A stretch of DNA of 64,000 bases from Mycobacteriales bacterium. Lineage in GTDB: Bacteria > Actinomycetota > Actinomycetes > Mycobacteriales > Pseudonocardiaceae. Below are positions 54,994 through 64,000 of the stretch, piece by piece; the stretch's first letter is position 1, and every line of letters starts with the position of its first letter. The notes under the pieces are model-generated. The model was given only the letters and a program-made list of their open reading frames with translations, did not search any database and had not been told where the DNA came from. Position numbers and translations under genes: made by a program. The stretch is from the NCBI GenBank assembly GCA_038231335.1, contig JBBRLM010000010.1, positions 52,580-116,579 on the forward strand, given 5' to 3'.

Positions 54994-55773
54994 GTGCACG
55001 GGCTGGCGATGCGGTTCCTCGGCCACTCCACCGTCCGGATGGAGCTGGCGGGGAAGGTGGTCCTCACTGATCCGCTGCTGACGGGCGGGGTCGGGCCGCT
55101 GCGGCGATTCGGGCCGGTGCCCACCGTCGCGGACTACGTCGACGTCGACGTCGTCCTGCTCTCGCACCTGCACGGCGACCACCTGCACCTGTCCTCGCTG
55201 CGGCTGCTGCCGCCCACCGCCCGGGTGGTGGTGCCGCGAGGCGCAGGGGTGTGGTTGCGCGGCAAGGGCGTCCACGGGGTGGAGGAGCTCGAACCGGGCG
55301 AGGAGTTCACCGACGGCGAGCTGACCGTCACCGGGGTGGAGGCCGCGCACAGCGGCCACCGCTGGGGTCCCCGCTCCACCCACGGTCCCCAGGCCCCGGC
55401 GATGGGCCACCTGCTGGAGACGCCGCGCGTGCGCGTCTACGCCTCCGGCGACACCGATCTCTTCGACGGCATGAAGGACCTGCCCGACCTCGACGTCGCG
55501 CTGCTGCCGGTGTGGGGGTGGGGCCCGTCGCTCGGGCCGGGCCACCTCACGCCCGCCCGCGCGGCCGACGCGGTCGCGGTGCTGAAGCCGCGGGTCGCCG
55601 TGCCGGTGCACTGGGGCACGCTCGCGCTGCGCGGCCTGACGGCGCTCCCGGGGAGCCCGATGAAGAGACTCCTGGTGGAGCCGCCGCACGAGTTCGCCGC
55701 GGCCGTCACCGGTCCGACGCGGGTGGCGATCACCGCGCCCGGCGACGACGTGATCCTGGTGGGCACGCCGTGA
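54994..55773 (+). CDS. MBL-fold metallo-hydrolase (NAPE-PLD/UlaG-like)
   Basis: SHLHGDHL, SGDTD, PVHWGT. Confidence 0.88.
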   Translation: MHGLAMRFLGHSTVRMELAGKVVLTDPLLTGGVGPLRRFGPVPTVADYVDVDVVLLSHLHGDHLHLSSLRLLPPTARVVVPRGAGVWLRGKGVHGVEELEPGEEFTDGELTVTGVEAAHSGHRWGPRSTHGPQAPAMGHLLETPRVRVYASGDTDLFDGMKDLPDLDVALLPVWGWGPSLGPGHLTPARAADAVAVLKPRVAVPVHWGTLALRGLTALPGSPMKRLLVEPPHEFAAAVTGPTRVAITAPGDDVILVGTP

Positions 55774-56396
55774 ACCTCGACTTCACCGACACCGCCACCA
55801 TCGGCTACCCCGTGCTGCTCGGCGGGGTGCTGCTCGGCTCGATCGTGCCGATCGTCCCCACCGGGGCGGTGGTCGGCGCGGCCGCCGCCATCGCCACCAC
55901 CACCGACCACCTGTCGCTGCCGCTGGTGATCCTGTTCGCCACCGTCGCGGCGCTGGCCGGCGACCTCGTCACGTTCGCGGTCGGGCGGCTGGGCAGCGAC
56001 GCCGCGCTGCGCCGGGTCACGCGTGGGCAGCCGCCGGAGAAGCTCGAGAAGGCTCGCAGCCAGTTCGCCACGCGCGGCTGGCAACTCGTGGTGGTCGGGC
56101 GGCTCATCCCGGCCGGCCGGATCCCGGTTCTGCTCGCCGCGGCCGCGCTGGACTACCCGTGGCGCCGGTTCGTGCCGTCGGCGGCGGTCGCGTGCCTGCT
56201 GTGGGCGGTGGCGTACGCCGTGCTCGGCGTCGTCAGCGGCGGTCTCTTCGACTCGCCGTTGATCGCGACGCTGATCGCCACCGTGCTGGTGCTGCTCGTC
56301 GGCGCGGGAGGCACGCTGGTCAGCCGGACCCGCTCAACGAGACCACTCCGACGCCGGCGACGATCAACGCGAGGCCCAGCACGCCCACCGCACTGA
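55770..56396 (+). CDS. DedA/VTT-domain membrane protein
   Basis: GSIVPIVPTG, GDLVTF, GRLIPAGR; GTGA overlap. Confidence 0.85.
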   Translation: MNLDFTDTATIGYPVLLGGVLLGSIVPIVPTGAVVGAAAAIATTTDHLSLPLVILFATVAALAGDLVTFAVGRLGSDAALRRVTRGQPPEKLEKARSQFATRGWQLVVVGRLIPAGRIPVLLAAAALDYPWRRFVPSAAVACLLWAVAYAVLGVVSGGLFDSPLIATLIATVLVLLVGAGGTLVSRTRSTRPLRRRRRSTRGPARPPH

Positions 56397-56640
56397 TGCG
56401 CTCGCCGTAGATCAGCAGCGCCAGCACCGCCACCCCGGCGGTGCCGACGCCGGACCAGACGGCGTACGCGATGCCGACGTTGACACTGCGCAGCGCCAGG
56501 GCCAGCAGCACGAACGACACCAGGTAGCCGACGGTCACGACCGCAGCCGGGCCCCAGCGGAACTCCGCGGCCAGCGAGCGCAGGGCGAGAGTGCCGGCCA
56601 CCTCGGCGCCGATCGCCCCGGCGAGGAGCAGCCATCCCAT
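56320..56640 (-). CDS. SMR/DMT small multidrug transporter
   Basis: WLLLAGAIGAEVAGT, AYAVWSGVG. Confidence 0.9.
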   Translation of the reverse strand: MGWLLLAGAIGAEVAGTLALRSLAAEFRWGPAAVVTVGYLVSFVLLALALRSVNVGIAYAVWSGVGTAGVAVLALLIYGERISAVGVLGLALIVAGVGVVSLSGSG

Positions 56641-56674
56641 GCCGCGGACCCTACGGCCCTGACACACTCCGTCG

Positions 56675-57364
56675 ATGACCTTCGTCCTCGTCCACGGCGC
56701 CTGCCACGGCGGCTGGTGCTGGTCGCGGGTGGCCCCGCTGCTGCGCGCCGCCGGCCACGACGTGTTCACCCCGACGCTCACCGGCTTCGGGGAGCGCGCC
56801 CACCTGCTCACCGCCGACGTCGGCCCGGCCACCGTCGTGCAGGACGTCGTCGCGGTGCTGGAGTGCGAGGAGCTGACCGACGTGGTGCTGGTCGGCCACA
56901 GCTTCGGCGCCCTGGTGGCACTGGGGGTCGCGGACCGCGTGCCCGAGCGGCTGGCCCGGATCGTCATCCTCGACGGGGTGCTGGTCGAGCCGGGGGAGCC
57001 GGGCTTCGCGGGGCTGCCGCCCGAGGCGGGCCCGGAACGCATCGCGCGGGCGGCCGGCGGGCTGACCTACCCCCCGCCCCCGGCCACCAACTTCGGCGTC
57101 AGCGAACCCGACGACGTCGCCTGGCTCGAACGCCGCCTCACCCCGCACCCGCTGCGCACCTACACGGAGTCGTTCGGCCTCCGCGCTCCGCTCGGCAACG
57201 GCGTGCCGGTGACGTACCTCTGTTGCACCGACCCGCCCTACCCCGCTGTCCACTCGGCCCACGCGATCGTGCGACGGGAGGGCTGGGAGTTGCGCGAGCT
57301 CGCCACCGGCCACGACGCCATGATCAGCGCCCCCGACCTGACAGCGCAGGCCCTCCTGACCTGA
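56675..57364 (+). CDS. Alpha/beta hydrolase (methylesterase-like)
   Basis: VHGACHGGWCW, GHSFG, GHDAM. Confidence 0.92.
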   Translation: MTFVLVHGACHGGWCWSRVAPLLRAAGHDVFTPTLTGFGERAHLLTADVGPATVVQDVVAVLECEELTDVVLVGHSFGALVALGVADRVPERLARIVILDGVLVEPGEPGFAGLPPEAGPERIARAAGGLTYPPPPATNFGVSEPDDVAWLERRLTPHPLRTYTESFGLRAPLGNGVPVTYLCCTDPPYPAVHSAHAIVRREGWELRELATGHDAMISAPDLTAQALLT

Positions 57365-57366
57365 AG

Positions 57367-57440
57367 CCGGTTTGCAGGCGATTTTGTGCGTTCGCGATCC
57401 CAATTGGGCGCGCAAGGACTCAAAATCGCGCGCAAACCGG
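57367..57440. repeat. REP-like hairpin/bidirectional terminator
   Basis: ccggtttgc-ag-gcgattttg...caaaatcgc-gc-gcaaaccgg with central cccaattggg. Confidence 0.7.
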
Positions 57441-57446
57441 GTGGGG

Positions 57447-58943
57447 TCAGCTGCCCGTGCCCTCCGGCGCCTGCACCTCGCGGCGCAGGATCTTGCCGGT
57501 CGGGCCCTTGGGCAGCTGGTCCACCACCCACACGTGACGCGGGTACTTGTAGGCCGCCACCCGCTCCTTGACGAACGCCGAGAGCTCCGCGGGCTCCGCC
57601 GACTGACCGGCCTTGAACGCCACGGCCGCGCCGATCTCCTCGCCGAGGTCGGCGTGCTTGATGCCGATCACCGCGGCCTCGGCGACGGCGGGGTGCTCGT
57701 AGAGGGCCTCCTCGATCTCACGGGGGTAGACGTTGTAGCCGCCCCGGATGATGAGGTCCTTCTTGCGGTCGACGATCGTGTAGTAGCCGTCGGCGTCCTT
57801 GGTGGCGATGTCGCCGGTGCGGAACCAGCCGTCCGGGATGGACTCGGCCGTGGCCTCCGGGCGTCCCCAGTAGCCCTTCATGACGTTCTCGCCGCGGATG
57901 GCGATCTCGCCCGGCTCGCCGTCGGCCACCTCGTTGCCGTCGTCGTCGACGACCTTCATCTCGCAGCCGGGCACCTCGACGCCGATGGTGCCGGGCTTGC
58001 GCTCCATGTCCGGCTGGTTGAACGACGCGACGGGTGAGGTCTCCGAGAGGCCGTAGCCCTCGAGGATCACGCAACCGAACTTGTCCTCGAACGACTTCAT
58101 GATCTCCACCGGCATCGCGGACCCGCCGGAGATGCAGGTGCGCAGCGTGGACATGTCGGCATTGTCGGCGTCGGCGTGGTGCAGCATCCCCGCGTACATC
58201 GTCGGCACGCCCTCGAACACGGTGACCTTGTCGCGCGCCACCACCGCCAGCGCCTTGCCGGCGTCGAAGCGGGGGATCAGGGTGAGGCAGGAGCCGTTGC
58301 GCACCGAGGCGTTGAGGCCACAGGTCAGGCCGAAGACGTGGAACAGCGGCAGGCAGCCCATGATCACGTCGTCGGGCGTGATCTTGATCAGGGCCTCGAC
58401 GGTGACGGCCGCGTTGCTCGCCAGGTTGTGGTGGGTGAGCTCGGCGCCCTTGGGCTGCCCGGTGGTGCCCGAGGTGTACAGGATCACCGCGGTGTCGGAG
58501 TCGGCGCGCTCGACCGGCTCGGCGAGCGGCGAGCCCGAGGACTCGTCGGGGCCCATCGCCCCGACGACGATGCTGTCGACGCCCTCGGCCCTGGCTCCCT
58601 CGGGCACCGCGTCGCCCCCGCCGTCCCAGCCGAAGACCAGCGACATGCCCGAGTCCTTGAGGTAGTACTGCACCTCGCGGGCCTTGAGCAGCGGGTTCAT
58701 CGGGACGACGGTGGCGCCGGCCAGCAGCGAGCCGTAGAACAGGATCGGGTACGCGGGCACGTTGGGCAGCACGAGCCCGACGCGGTCACCCGGCTTGATC
58801 CCCTTCTCCACCAGCGTCCCCGCCACCGCGGCTGCGGCGGCGAGGAGATCGCTGTAGGTCAGGACATGGTCATCGAGGCGGACGGCGGGACGGTCGCCGT
58901 GCTCCGCCGCGGTGGCCACCAGGTTGGCCGCAAGATTGGTCAT
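57447..58943 (-). CDS. Long-chain fatty acid-CoA ligase
   Basis: [33 protein letters not shown]. Confidence 0.94.
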   Translation of the reverse strand: MTNLAANLVATAAEHGDRPAVRLDDHVLTYSDLLAAAAAVAGTLVEKGIKPGDRVGLVLPNVPAYPILFYGSLLAGATVVPMNPLLKAREVQYYLKDSGMSLVFGWDGGGDAVPEGARAEGVDSIVVGAMGPDESSGSPLAEPVERADSDTAVILYTSGTTGQPKGAELTHHNLASNAAVTVEALIKITPDDVIMGCLPLFHVFGLTCGLNASVRNGSCLTLIPRFDAGKALAVVARDKVTVFEGVPTMYAGMLHHADADNADMSTLRTCISGGSAMPVEIMKSFEDKFGCVILEGYGLSETSPVASFNQPDMERKPGTIGVEVPGCEMKVVDDDGNEVADGEPGEIAIRGENVMKGYWGRPEATAESIPDGWFRTGDIATKDADGYYTIVDRKKDLIIRGGYNVYPREIEEALYEHPAVAEAAVIGIKHADLGEEIGAAVAFKAGQSAEPAELSAFVKERVAAYKYPRHVWVVDQLPKGPTGKILRREVQAPEGTGS

Positions 58944-58993
58944 CGTCGACTCCATCGCTCAGCTCGGGTTGCCGCCACCCTAGATGAGTCAGG

Positions 58994-60622
58994 TCACCCG
59001 AGCAGGGCCTCCTCGGCGTCGGCCTCCTCCTGCTCCTTGCGCGCGGCCGCGGCGACCCGGGCCGTGGGCAGCGCCATGCGCACGCCCAGGAAGAAGACGG
59101 CGACGCTGAACACCGCGACGACGAGCAGGTCCCACCAGTCCGGGATGATCTTCAGTCCGTCGTACTGGCCCAGCAGGGAGATCACGCCGAGCCCGATGAA
59201 CCACGGCAGCATCCAGCCGAGCGACCTGAGGTCGAACGGCGGGCGCTCCATCGGCTTATGGAACGCGTACGACAGCCCGAAGATCACGAACCCGGCGAGG
59301 ATGGCGAGCAGCAGCTTCGACACCGCCGTCCACGACGCCCAGTAGATGATCTCGTTGGCGAAGACGAAGGCCAGCGGGGCCATGAACTCGGCGGCGGGCA
59401 GCTTGTAGGGCCGCGGCCGGTCGGGGTCGACGCGGCGCAGCGCGATCAGCGTGATGGGCGCGAACCCGTACATGATCACCGTCGCCGACGTGACGATCCC
59501 GACGAGGCTCTGCCAGCTCGGGAACGGCAGGAAGCAGATCAGCCCGACGATGAACGCCAGCAGGACCGACGTCCACGGCACGCCGCGGGTGGAGATCTTC
59601 GCGATGCCCTTGGGTACGTAGCCGGCGTGACCGAGCGCGTAGGACAGCCGTGCCGACGTGCCGACGTAGACCAGGCCCGTGCCGGCCGGGGAGATGAACG
59701 CGTCGATGTAGAGGATCACGGCCAGCCAGCCGAGACCGAGCGAGGTGGCCAGGGTGGCGTAGGGGCCGAAGTCGCCCTTGCCGACGGGGTTCTGCCAGCC
59801 GCCGATGATGTCGGCGGGGTTGAGGGCGCCGATGAAGGCGATCTCGAGGGCCAGATAGATCAGCGTTCCCACGATCACGGCGCTGATCACCGCCCGCGGG
59901 ATGTTCTTCTGGGGTTCCTTGGCCTCACCGGCCATCTGCACCGCCTGCTCGAACCCCTGCAGGGCGAACACGACGCCGAGCGGGAGAGCCGCGAAGATGC
60001 CGTGCGCGCCGTAGGGGGCGAAGCCGCCGCCCGCGGTGAAGTTGCTGCCGTGGAACGACACGAACACCAGCACGATGACGGTCAGGACGGGCACCGCGGT
60101 CTTCCAGATCACCGCGACCTTGTTCGACTCCGCCAGCCACTTGACGCCTGCCACGTTGAGCAGCGTGAACAGCAGCATCAGGATCACGGCGTACACCAGG
60201 CCGAGGCCGGTCAGCGCCCCGTTCGCGTCGACCAGTCCGGGGAAGATGTGGTCCATGTAGGACAGCGCCGCCTCCACCTCGATCGGCGCGATGGTCACGG
60301 CCTGCAGCCACGCCACCCAGCCCGCGGTGAACCCGGCGATCGAGCCGAAGGCGAGCCGGGGCCAGCGGGCGGTGCCGCCGGCCAGCGGGTAGGTCGCCCC
60401 CAGTTCGGCGTGCACGAGGGCGAGCAGGATGAGGATGACGCCGGCGAGGATCCACGACAGGATCGACGCGCCACCGGCCACCTGGGCCGCGGTGAGCGCT
60501 CCGAGCAGCCAGCCCGAACCGATGATCGATCCCAGTGAGATGAACATGAGCGACATGAAGCCGATGTCGCGTTTCAGCCCGGTCGAGCCTGATCCTGCGG
60601 GCCTGTCCGAAACGTCCGTCAC
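58994..60622 (-). CDS. APC-family amino acid permease
   Basis: GSIIGSGW, GFEQA, RPRPYKLP; GGAGG RBS. Confidence 0.92.
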   Translation of the reverse strand: MTDVSDRPAGSGSTGLKRDIGFMSLMFISLGSIIGSGWLLGALTAAQVAGGASILSWILAGVILILLALVHAELGATYPLAGGTARWPRLAFGSIAGFTAGWVAWLQAVTIAPIEVEAALSYMDHIFPGLVDANGALTGLGLVYAVILMLLFTLLNVAGVKWLAESNKVAVIWKTAVPVLTVIVLVFVSFHGSNFTAGGGFAPYGAHGIFAALPLGVVFALQGFEQAVQMAGEAKEPQKNIPRAVISAVIVGTLIYLALEIAFIGALNPADIIGGWQNPVGKGDFGPYATLATSLGLGWLAVILYIDAFISPAGTGLVYVGTSARLSYALGHAGYVPKGIAKISTRGVPWTSVLLAFIVGLICFLPFPSWQSLVGIVTSATVIMYGFAPITLIALRRVDPDRPRPYKLPAAEFMAPLAFVFANEIIYWASWTAVSKLLLAILAGFVIFGLSYAFHKPMERPPFDLRSLGWMLPWFIGLGVISLLGQYDGLKIIPDWWDLLVVAVFSVAVFFLGVRMALPTARVAAAARKEQEEADAEEALLG

Positions 60623-60798
60623 GGTGCACCTCCGTCGTGCTGCGAGCCAGTCGGGCCATGCTGCGCCGTCAGGAGTTCGTTAACGTCCGCCGAAAGAGTG
60701 GCCGATTGTTGCGATCACGTTCATCAGCTTGAGCTGCGAGAACATTGCTCCCGTGGTGTTCCCCGTGTCCGTTTCAGGGAAATGGCCAGGCAGCGCAG

Positions 60799-62919
60799 TC
60801 ACTTGATCAGAGGGTCGCGGGGAAGCCCGAGCAGGCGCTCGGCCACCTGGTTGCGGGCGATCTCCGACGTGCCACCCGCGATGGTCATGCTGCGCCCGTA
60901 GAGGTAGGTGCGCATGACCAGCTCGTTGCCGCCCATGACGGCGGCGGCCCCGGCCAGCCGCACTCCCAACTCGGCGACGCGCTGGCCGTGCTCGCTGGAG
61001 AACAGCTTCGAGAGGTTGCCCTCCGGGCCCGGCTCGGTACCCCCGACGGCGCGGGCGGCCTGGCGCAGCAGCATCAGCCGCGTGGTCAGCTCGTCGGCGA
61101 TCAGGGCGCCGACGTCGCGCTGCGCCACCTGCGGGTCGGGTGACGCGGCGGCCAGCGGCAGCAGGTGCCAGGCGCGCAGGGGCAGCACCCCCGCGGCGCC
61201 GCCGCCGATGGACACCCGCTCGTTGCCCAACGTGGCGCGCGCGACCCGCCAGCCCTGGCCGACCTCGCCGACCACGCACTCGTCGGGCACGAACACGTCG
61301 TCGAAGAAGACCTCGTTGAACATGGAGTCGCCGCTGAGCTGGCGCAACGGCCGGACGTCGACGCCGGGCGTCTTCAGGTCGATCGCCATCATCGTGATGC
61401 CTGCGTGCTTGGCCCCCGACGAGTCTGTGCGGACGGTGGCGAAACCCCAGTCGGACAGGTGGGCACGGGTGGTCCACACCTTCTGGCCGGTGACGCGCCA
61501 GCCGCCGTCGACCCTGACGCCACGCGTGGAGATCGCGGCCGCGTCGGAGCCGGCGCCGGGCTCGGAGAACAGCTGGCACCACTCGGTCTCGCCGCGCAGT
61601 GCGGGCCCGGTCCAGTGCTCGATCTGCTCGGGGGTGCCGTGCTGCACGATCGTCTGGATGTTCCAGGCCGTGATGCCCAGCGACGGGGTGTCGATGCCGG
61701 CGAACTCCTGCTCGATGACGAGCTGCTCAGCGGCGGAGGCGTCGCGGCCCCACGGCGCGGGCCAGTGCGGCACCAGGTAGCCCGACTCCGCCATGGCGTT
61801 GCGGAGGGACCGGGCGTCCTTGCCCTCCAACGACGCGACGAACGCCTGGACAGCCGCGCGGTACTGCTCGGCCTCGGGGGGCAGGTCCAGGTCGGGGGAC
61901 CGCCTGACGCCGCTCCCGACCAGCGTGGCGACCTCGTGCTCGGCCACACCCGTGCGCGCGACGTACGCGGCGAGCACGATGGCCCGCCGCAGGTAGAGTT
62001 GGGCGTCGTGCTCCCAGGTGAAGCCGATGCCACCGTGCAACTGGATGTTCATCTCGGCGGCCCGGACGGCGTTCGGCACGGACCGGACGGCGGCGATGGC
62101 CGCCGCCAGCTCGGCCTCGGGGGTGCCGGGCTCCGCACGGGCGGCGTCCCACGCCGCCGCGACGGCGAGCTCGGCGTCGACCAGCAGGTTGGCGCAGTGG
62201 TGCTTGACGGCCTGGAACGTGCCGATCGTGCGCCCGAACTGGGAGCGCTCCTTGGCGTAGGCGACGGCCATGTCGAGGCACGCGTACGCGCTGCCCGCGG
62301 CCTCGGCGGCACCGAGCACCCGGGCGAGCCGGCGCGCCACGGCACCGGCACCGGCGATGCGGCCGATCGTCGCGGACGCGCTCACCTTCGCCGAGCGCCG
62401 CGTCGGGTCCAGACCCGCCTTCGGGATCTGCCGTTCGGTGGTGGCCGCATCGACCACCACCACGTCATCGCCCACCACGAGCAGCACCACGTCGGCCAGC
62501 CCGCCGCCGAGTACCAGGTCGTCGGTGACCCGCCCGTTCTCCTCGACGGCCGCGAGCCCGACGGCGCCGACCTTCGAGCCGTCGACGAGCCCCGGCAGCA
62601 GCGACGCCTTCAGCTCGGCGCTGCCCGCCTCCACGAGGATCGCCGAGGCCAGCACGGTCGGCAGGAACGGGCCGGGCGCAACGACGCGACCCAGCTCCTC
62701 CAGCACGACGGCCAGTTCACCGAGGCCGGCGCCCTCGCCGCCGAACTCCTCGGGCACGGCCAGTCCGAGCCAGCCCAGCGACGCGAGCTCCTTCCAGAAT
62801 GCGGGCAGCGGCTCGTCGGCCTGCTCGAGCAGGCCGCGAGCGGCGACGCGCTGGCCGGTGAGGAAGGACCGGGCCACCTCGGCGAGAGCCTTGTGGTCGT
62901 CGGTGATGGCGAGAGGCAT
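60799..62919 (-). CDS. Fused two-domain acyl-CoA dehydrogenase (FadE22/FadE34-type)
   Basis: 706 aa; RSQFGRTIGTFQAVKH, CQLFSEPGAGSD, GGTSEI. Confidence 0.92.
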   Translation of the reverse strand: MPLAITDDHKALAEVARSFLTGQRVAARGLLEQADEPLPAFWKELASLGWLGLAVPEEFGGEGAGLGELAVVLEELGRVVAPGPFLPTVLASAILVEAGSAELKASLLPGLVDGSKVGAVGLAAVEENGRVTDDLVLGGGLADVVLLVVGDDVVVVDAATTERQIPKAGLDPTRRSAKVSASATIGRIAGAGAVARRLARVLGAAEAAGSAYACLDMAVAYAKERSQFGRTIGTFQAVKHHCANLLVDAELAVAAAWDAARAEPGTPEAELAAAIAAVRSVPNAVRAAEMNIQLHGGIGFTWEHDAQLYLRRAIVLAAYVARTGVAEHEVATLVGSGVRRSPDLDLPPEAEQYRAAVQAFVASLEGKDARSLRNAMAESGYLVPHWPAPWGRDASAAEQLVIEQEFAGIDTPSLGITAWNIQTIVQHGTPEQIEHWTGPALRGETEWCQLFSEPGAGSDAAAISTRGVRVDGGWRVTGQKVWTTRAHLSDWGFATVRTDSSGAKHAGITMMAIDLKTPGVDVRPLRQLSGDSMFNEVFFDDVFVPDECVVGEVGQGWRVARATLGNERVSIGGGAAGVLPLRAWHLLPLAAASPDPQVAQRDVGALIADELTTRLMLLRQAARAVGGTEPGPEGNLSKLFSSEHGQRVAELGVRLAGAAAVMGGNELVMRTYLYGRSMTIAGGTSEIARNQVAERLLGLPRDPLIK

Positions 62920-62954
62920 GCAACGGCTCCAGGTTCTACAAGTGGGTGGATGGT

Positions 62955-63719
62955 CTACTCGCCGGTCCAGACGGGGTCGCGCTTCTCCGCGAACGCCGTG
63001 GCGCCCTCGCGGGCGTCCTTGCTGGTCATGACGGGTCGCATGATCGCCTCCTGGCGCTGCCAGCGGTCCTCGGCGGGCCAGTCGGCCCCCTCGGCGACGA
63101 TCTGCTTCGTGGCGCGGACGGCGAGCGGCCCGTTCGCGGTGATCTTCCGTGCGAGTTCCAGCGCCCCGACGAGGGACTCGCGGGGCTCGGTGAGGTGGTT
63201 GACCAGGCCCCAGGTGTGGGCGTCCTCGGCGCCGAAGAAGTCGCCGGTCAGGGCGTACTCCATCGCGATGGCGCGCGGGATGCGCTGGGGCAGCCGGAAC
63301 AGCCCGCCTGCGCCGGCCACCAGCGCCCGCTTGGTCTCCGGCAGGCCGAACTTCGCCTCCCGGGACGCGACGATCAGGTCGCAGGCCAGCGCGATCTCGC
63401 AGCCGCCCGCGAGAGCGTAGCCCTCGACGGCGGCGATCATCGGCTTGGCGGGCGGGGTCAGCGTGATGCCGGCCAGGCCGCGGCCCTCCACCGACGGGAT
63501 GTCGCCCGTCAGGAACGCCTTGAGGTCCATGCCGGAGCAGAACGTGCCGCCCGCACCGGTGAGTACCCCCACCGACAGCGTCGGATCCTCGTCGAGCTCG
63601 TCCAGCGCCGCGGCCACCGCGTGGGCGAGCGCCCCGTTCACGGCGTTGCGCGCCTGCGGCCGGTTCATCGTGATCACCAGGACCGCGCCGTCGCGCTCGG
63701 TCAGCACCTCGTCGGACAT
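62955..63719 (-). CDS. Enoyl-CoA hydratase/crotonase
   Basis: FCSGMDLK, ALAGGCE, FGLPETKR. Confidence 0.93.
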   Translation of the reverse strand: MSDEVLTERDGAVLVITMNRPQARNAVNGALAHAVAAALDELDEDPTLSVGVLTGAGGTFCSGMDLKAFLTGDIPSVEGRGLAGITLTPPAKPMIAAVEGYALAGGCEIALACDLIVASREAKFGLPETKRALVAGAGGLFRLPQRIPRAIAMEYALTGDFFGAEDAHTWGLVNHLTEPRESLVGALELARKITANGPLAVRATKQIVAEGADWPAEDRWQRQEAIMRPVMTSKDAREGATAFAEKRDPVWTGE

Positions 63720-63759
63720 GTCCCGGAGCCTAACCCCAAACAGGCAGTCCTGACTGTAA

Positions 63760-63773
63760 TCGGACCTGTTCTA
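63760..63773. promoter_or_regulatory. KstR-like operator
   Basis: TCGGACCTGTTCTA, 1 mismatch to TNNAACNNGTTNNA, in divergent intergenic region. Confidence 0.4.
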
Positions 63774-63781
63774 ATCGGGGT

Positions 63782-64000
63782 GTGATCGACGATGCCACGA
63801 CCGGACCTCTCGCGGGAGTGGTCGTCGCCGACTTCTCCCGCATTCTCGCCGGCCCGTACGCCACCATGCTGCTCGCCGACCTCGGCGCCACCGTGATCAA
63901 GGTGGAGGGCCCGCCGACCGGCGACGACACCCGCACGTGGACCCCGCCGGTCTCCGACGACGGCACCGCCACCTACTACCTGTCGATCAACCGCAACAAG
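63782..64000 (+). CDS. CaiB/BaiF family III CoA transferase (3'-truncated by window edge)
   Basis: [35 protein letters not shown]. Confidence 0.92.
   Translation, partial: MIDDATTGPLAGVVVADFSRILAGPYATMLLADLGATVIKVEGPPTGDDTRTWTPPVSDDGTATYYLSINRNK

Noticed and set aside
60623-60798. GlnR box or riboswitch in the AT-richer leader of the APC permease
   Set aside because: GTTAAC/GAAAC-like pieces do not show the expected spacing; no recognisable riboswitch fold

Overview
High-GC actinobacterial chromosome segment. The rhomboid-murI-MBL-rph-rdgB ... tRNA-Leu-bcp synteny and gene content suggest Pseudonocardiaceae, but the genus is inferred. About 70 supported CDS, mostly metabolic (pobA-pcaHG, sodA, phoX, cinA, pfk, acyl-CoA catabolism, a ~1870-aa single-chain acyl-CoA carboxylase). 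No CRISPR array and no intact IS/integrase. The standout is a sigma-F partner-switching locus (9.5-15.3 kb) whose PP2C phosphatase carries a canonical LOV domain (GKNCRLLQ), i.e. a candidate blue-light input to SigF. Three clean SigF-type promoters (GTTT-N16-GGGWA) lie in the window, including one before a WhiB3/WhiD-like gene. Other notable items: a short-variable-arm tRNA-Leu(UAG) overlapped by a LexA-boxed HNH pseudogene, a second LexA-boxed DUF222/HNH remnant, a stand-alone RsdA-like mini anti-sigma, a ClpC1-NTD-like decoy, orphan MerR/HAIR/MarR-type operators, and several REP-like palindromes. All protein calls come from motif recognition by eye; no database searches were run.
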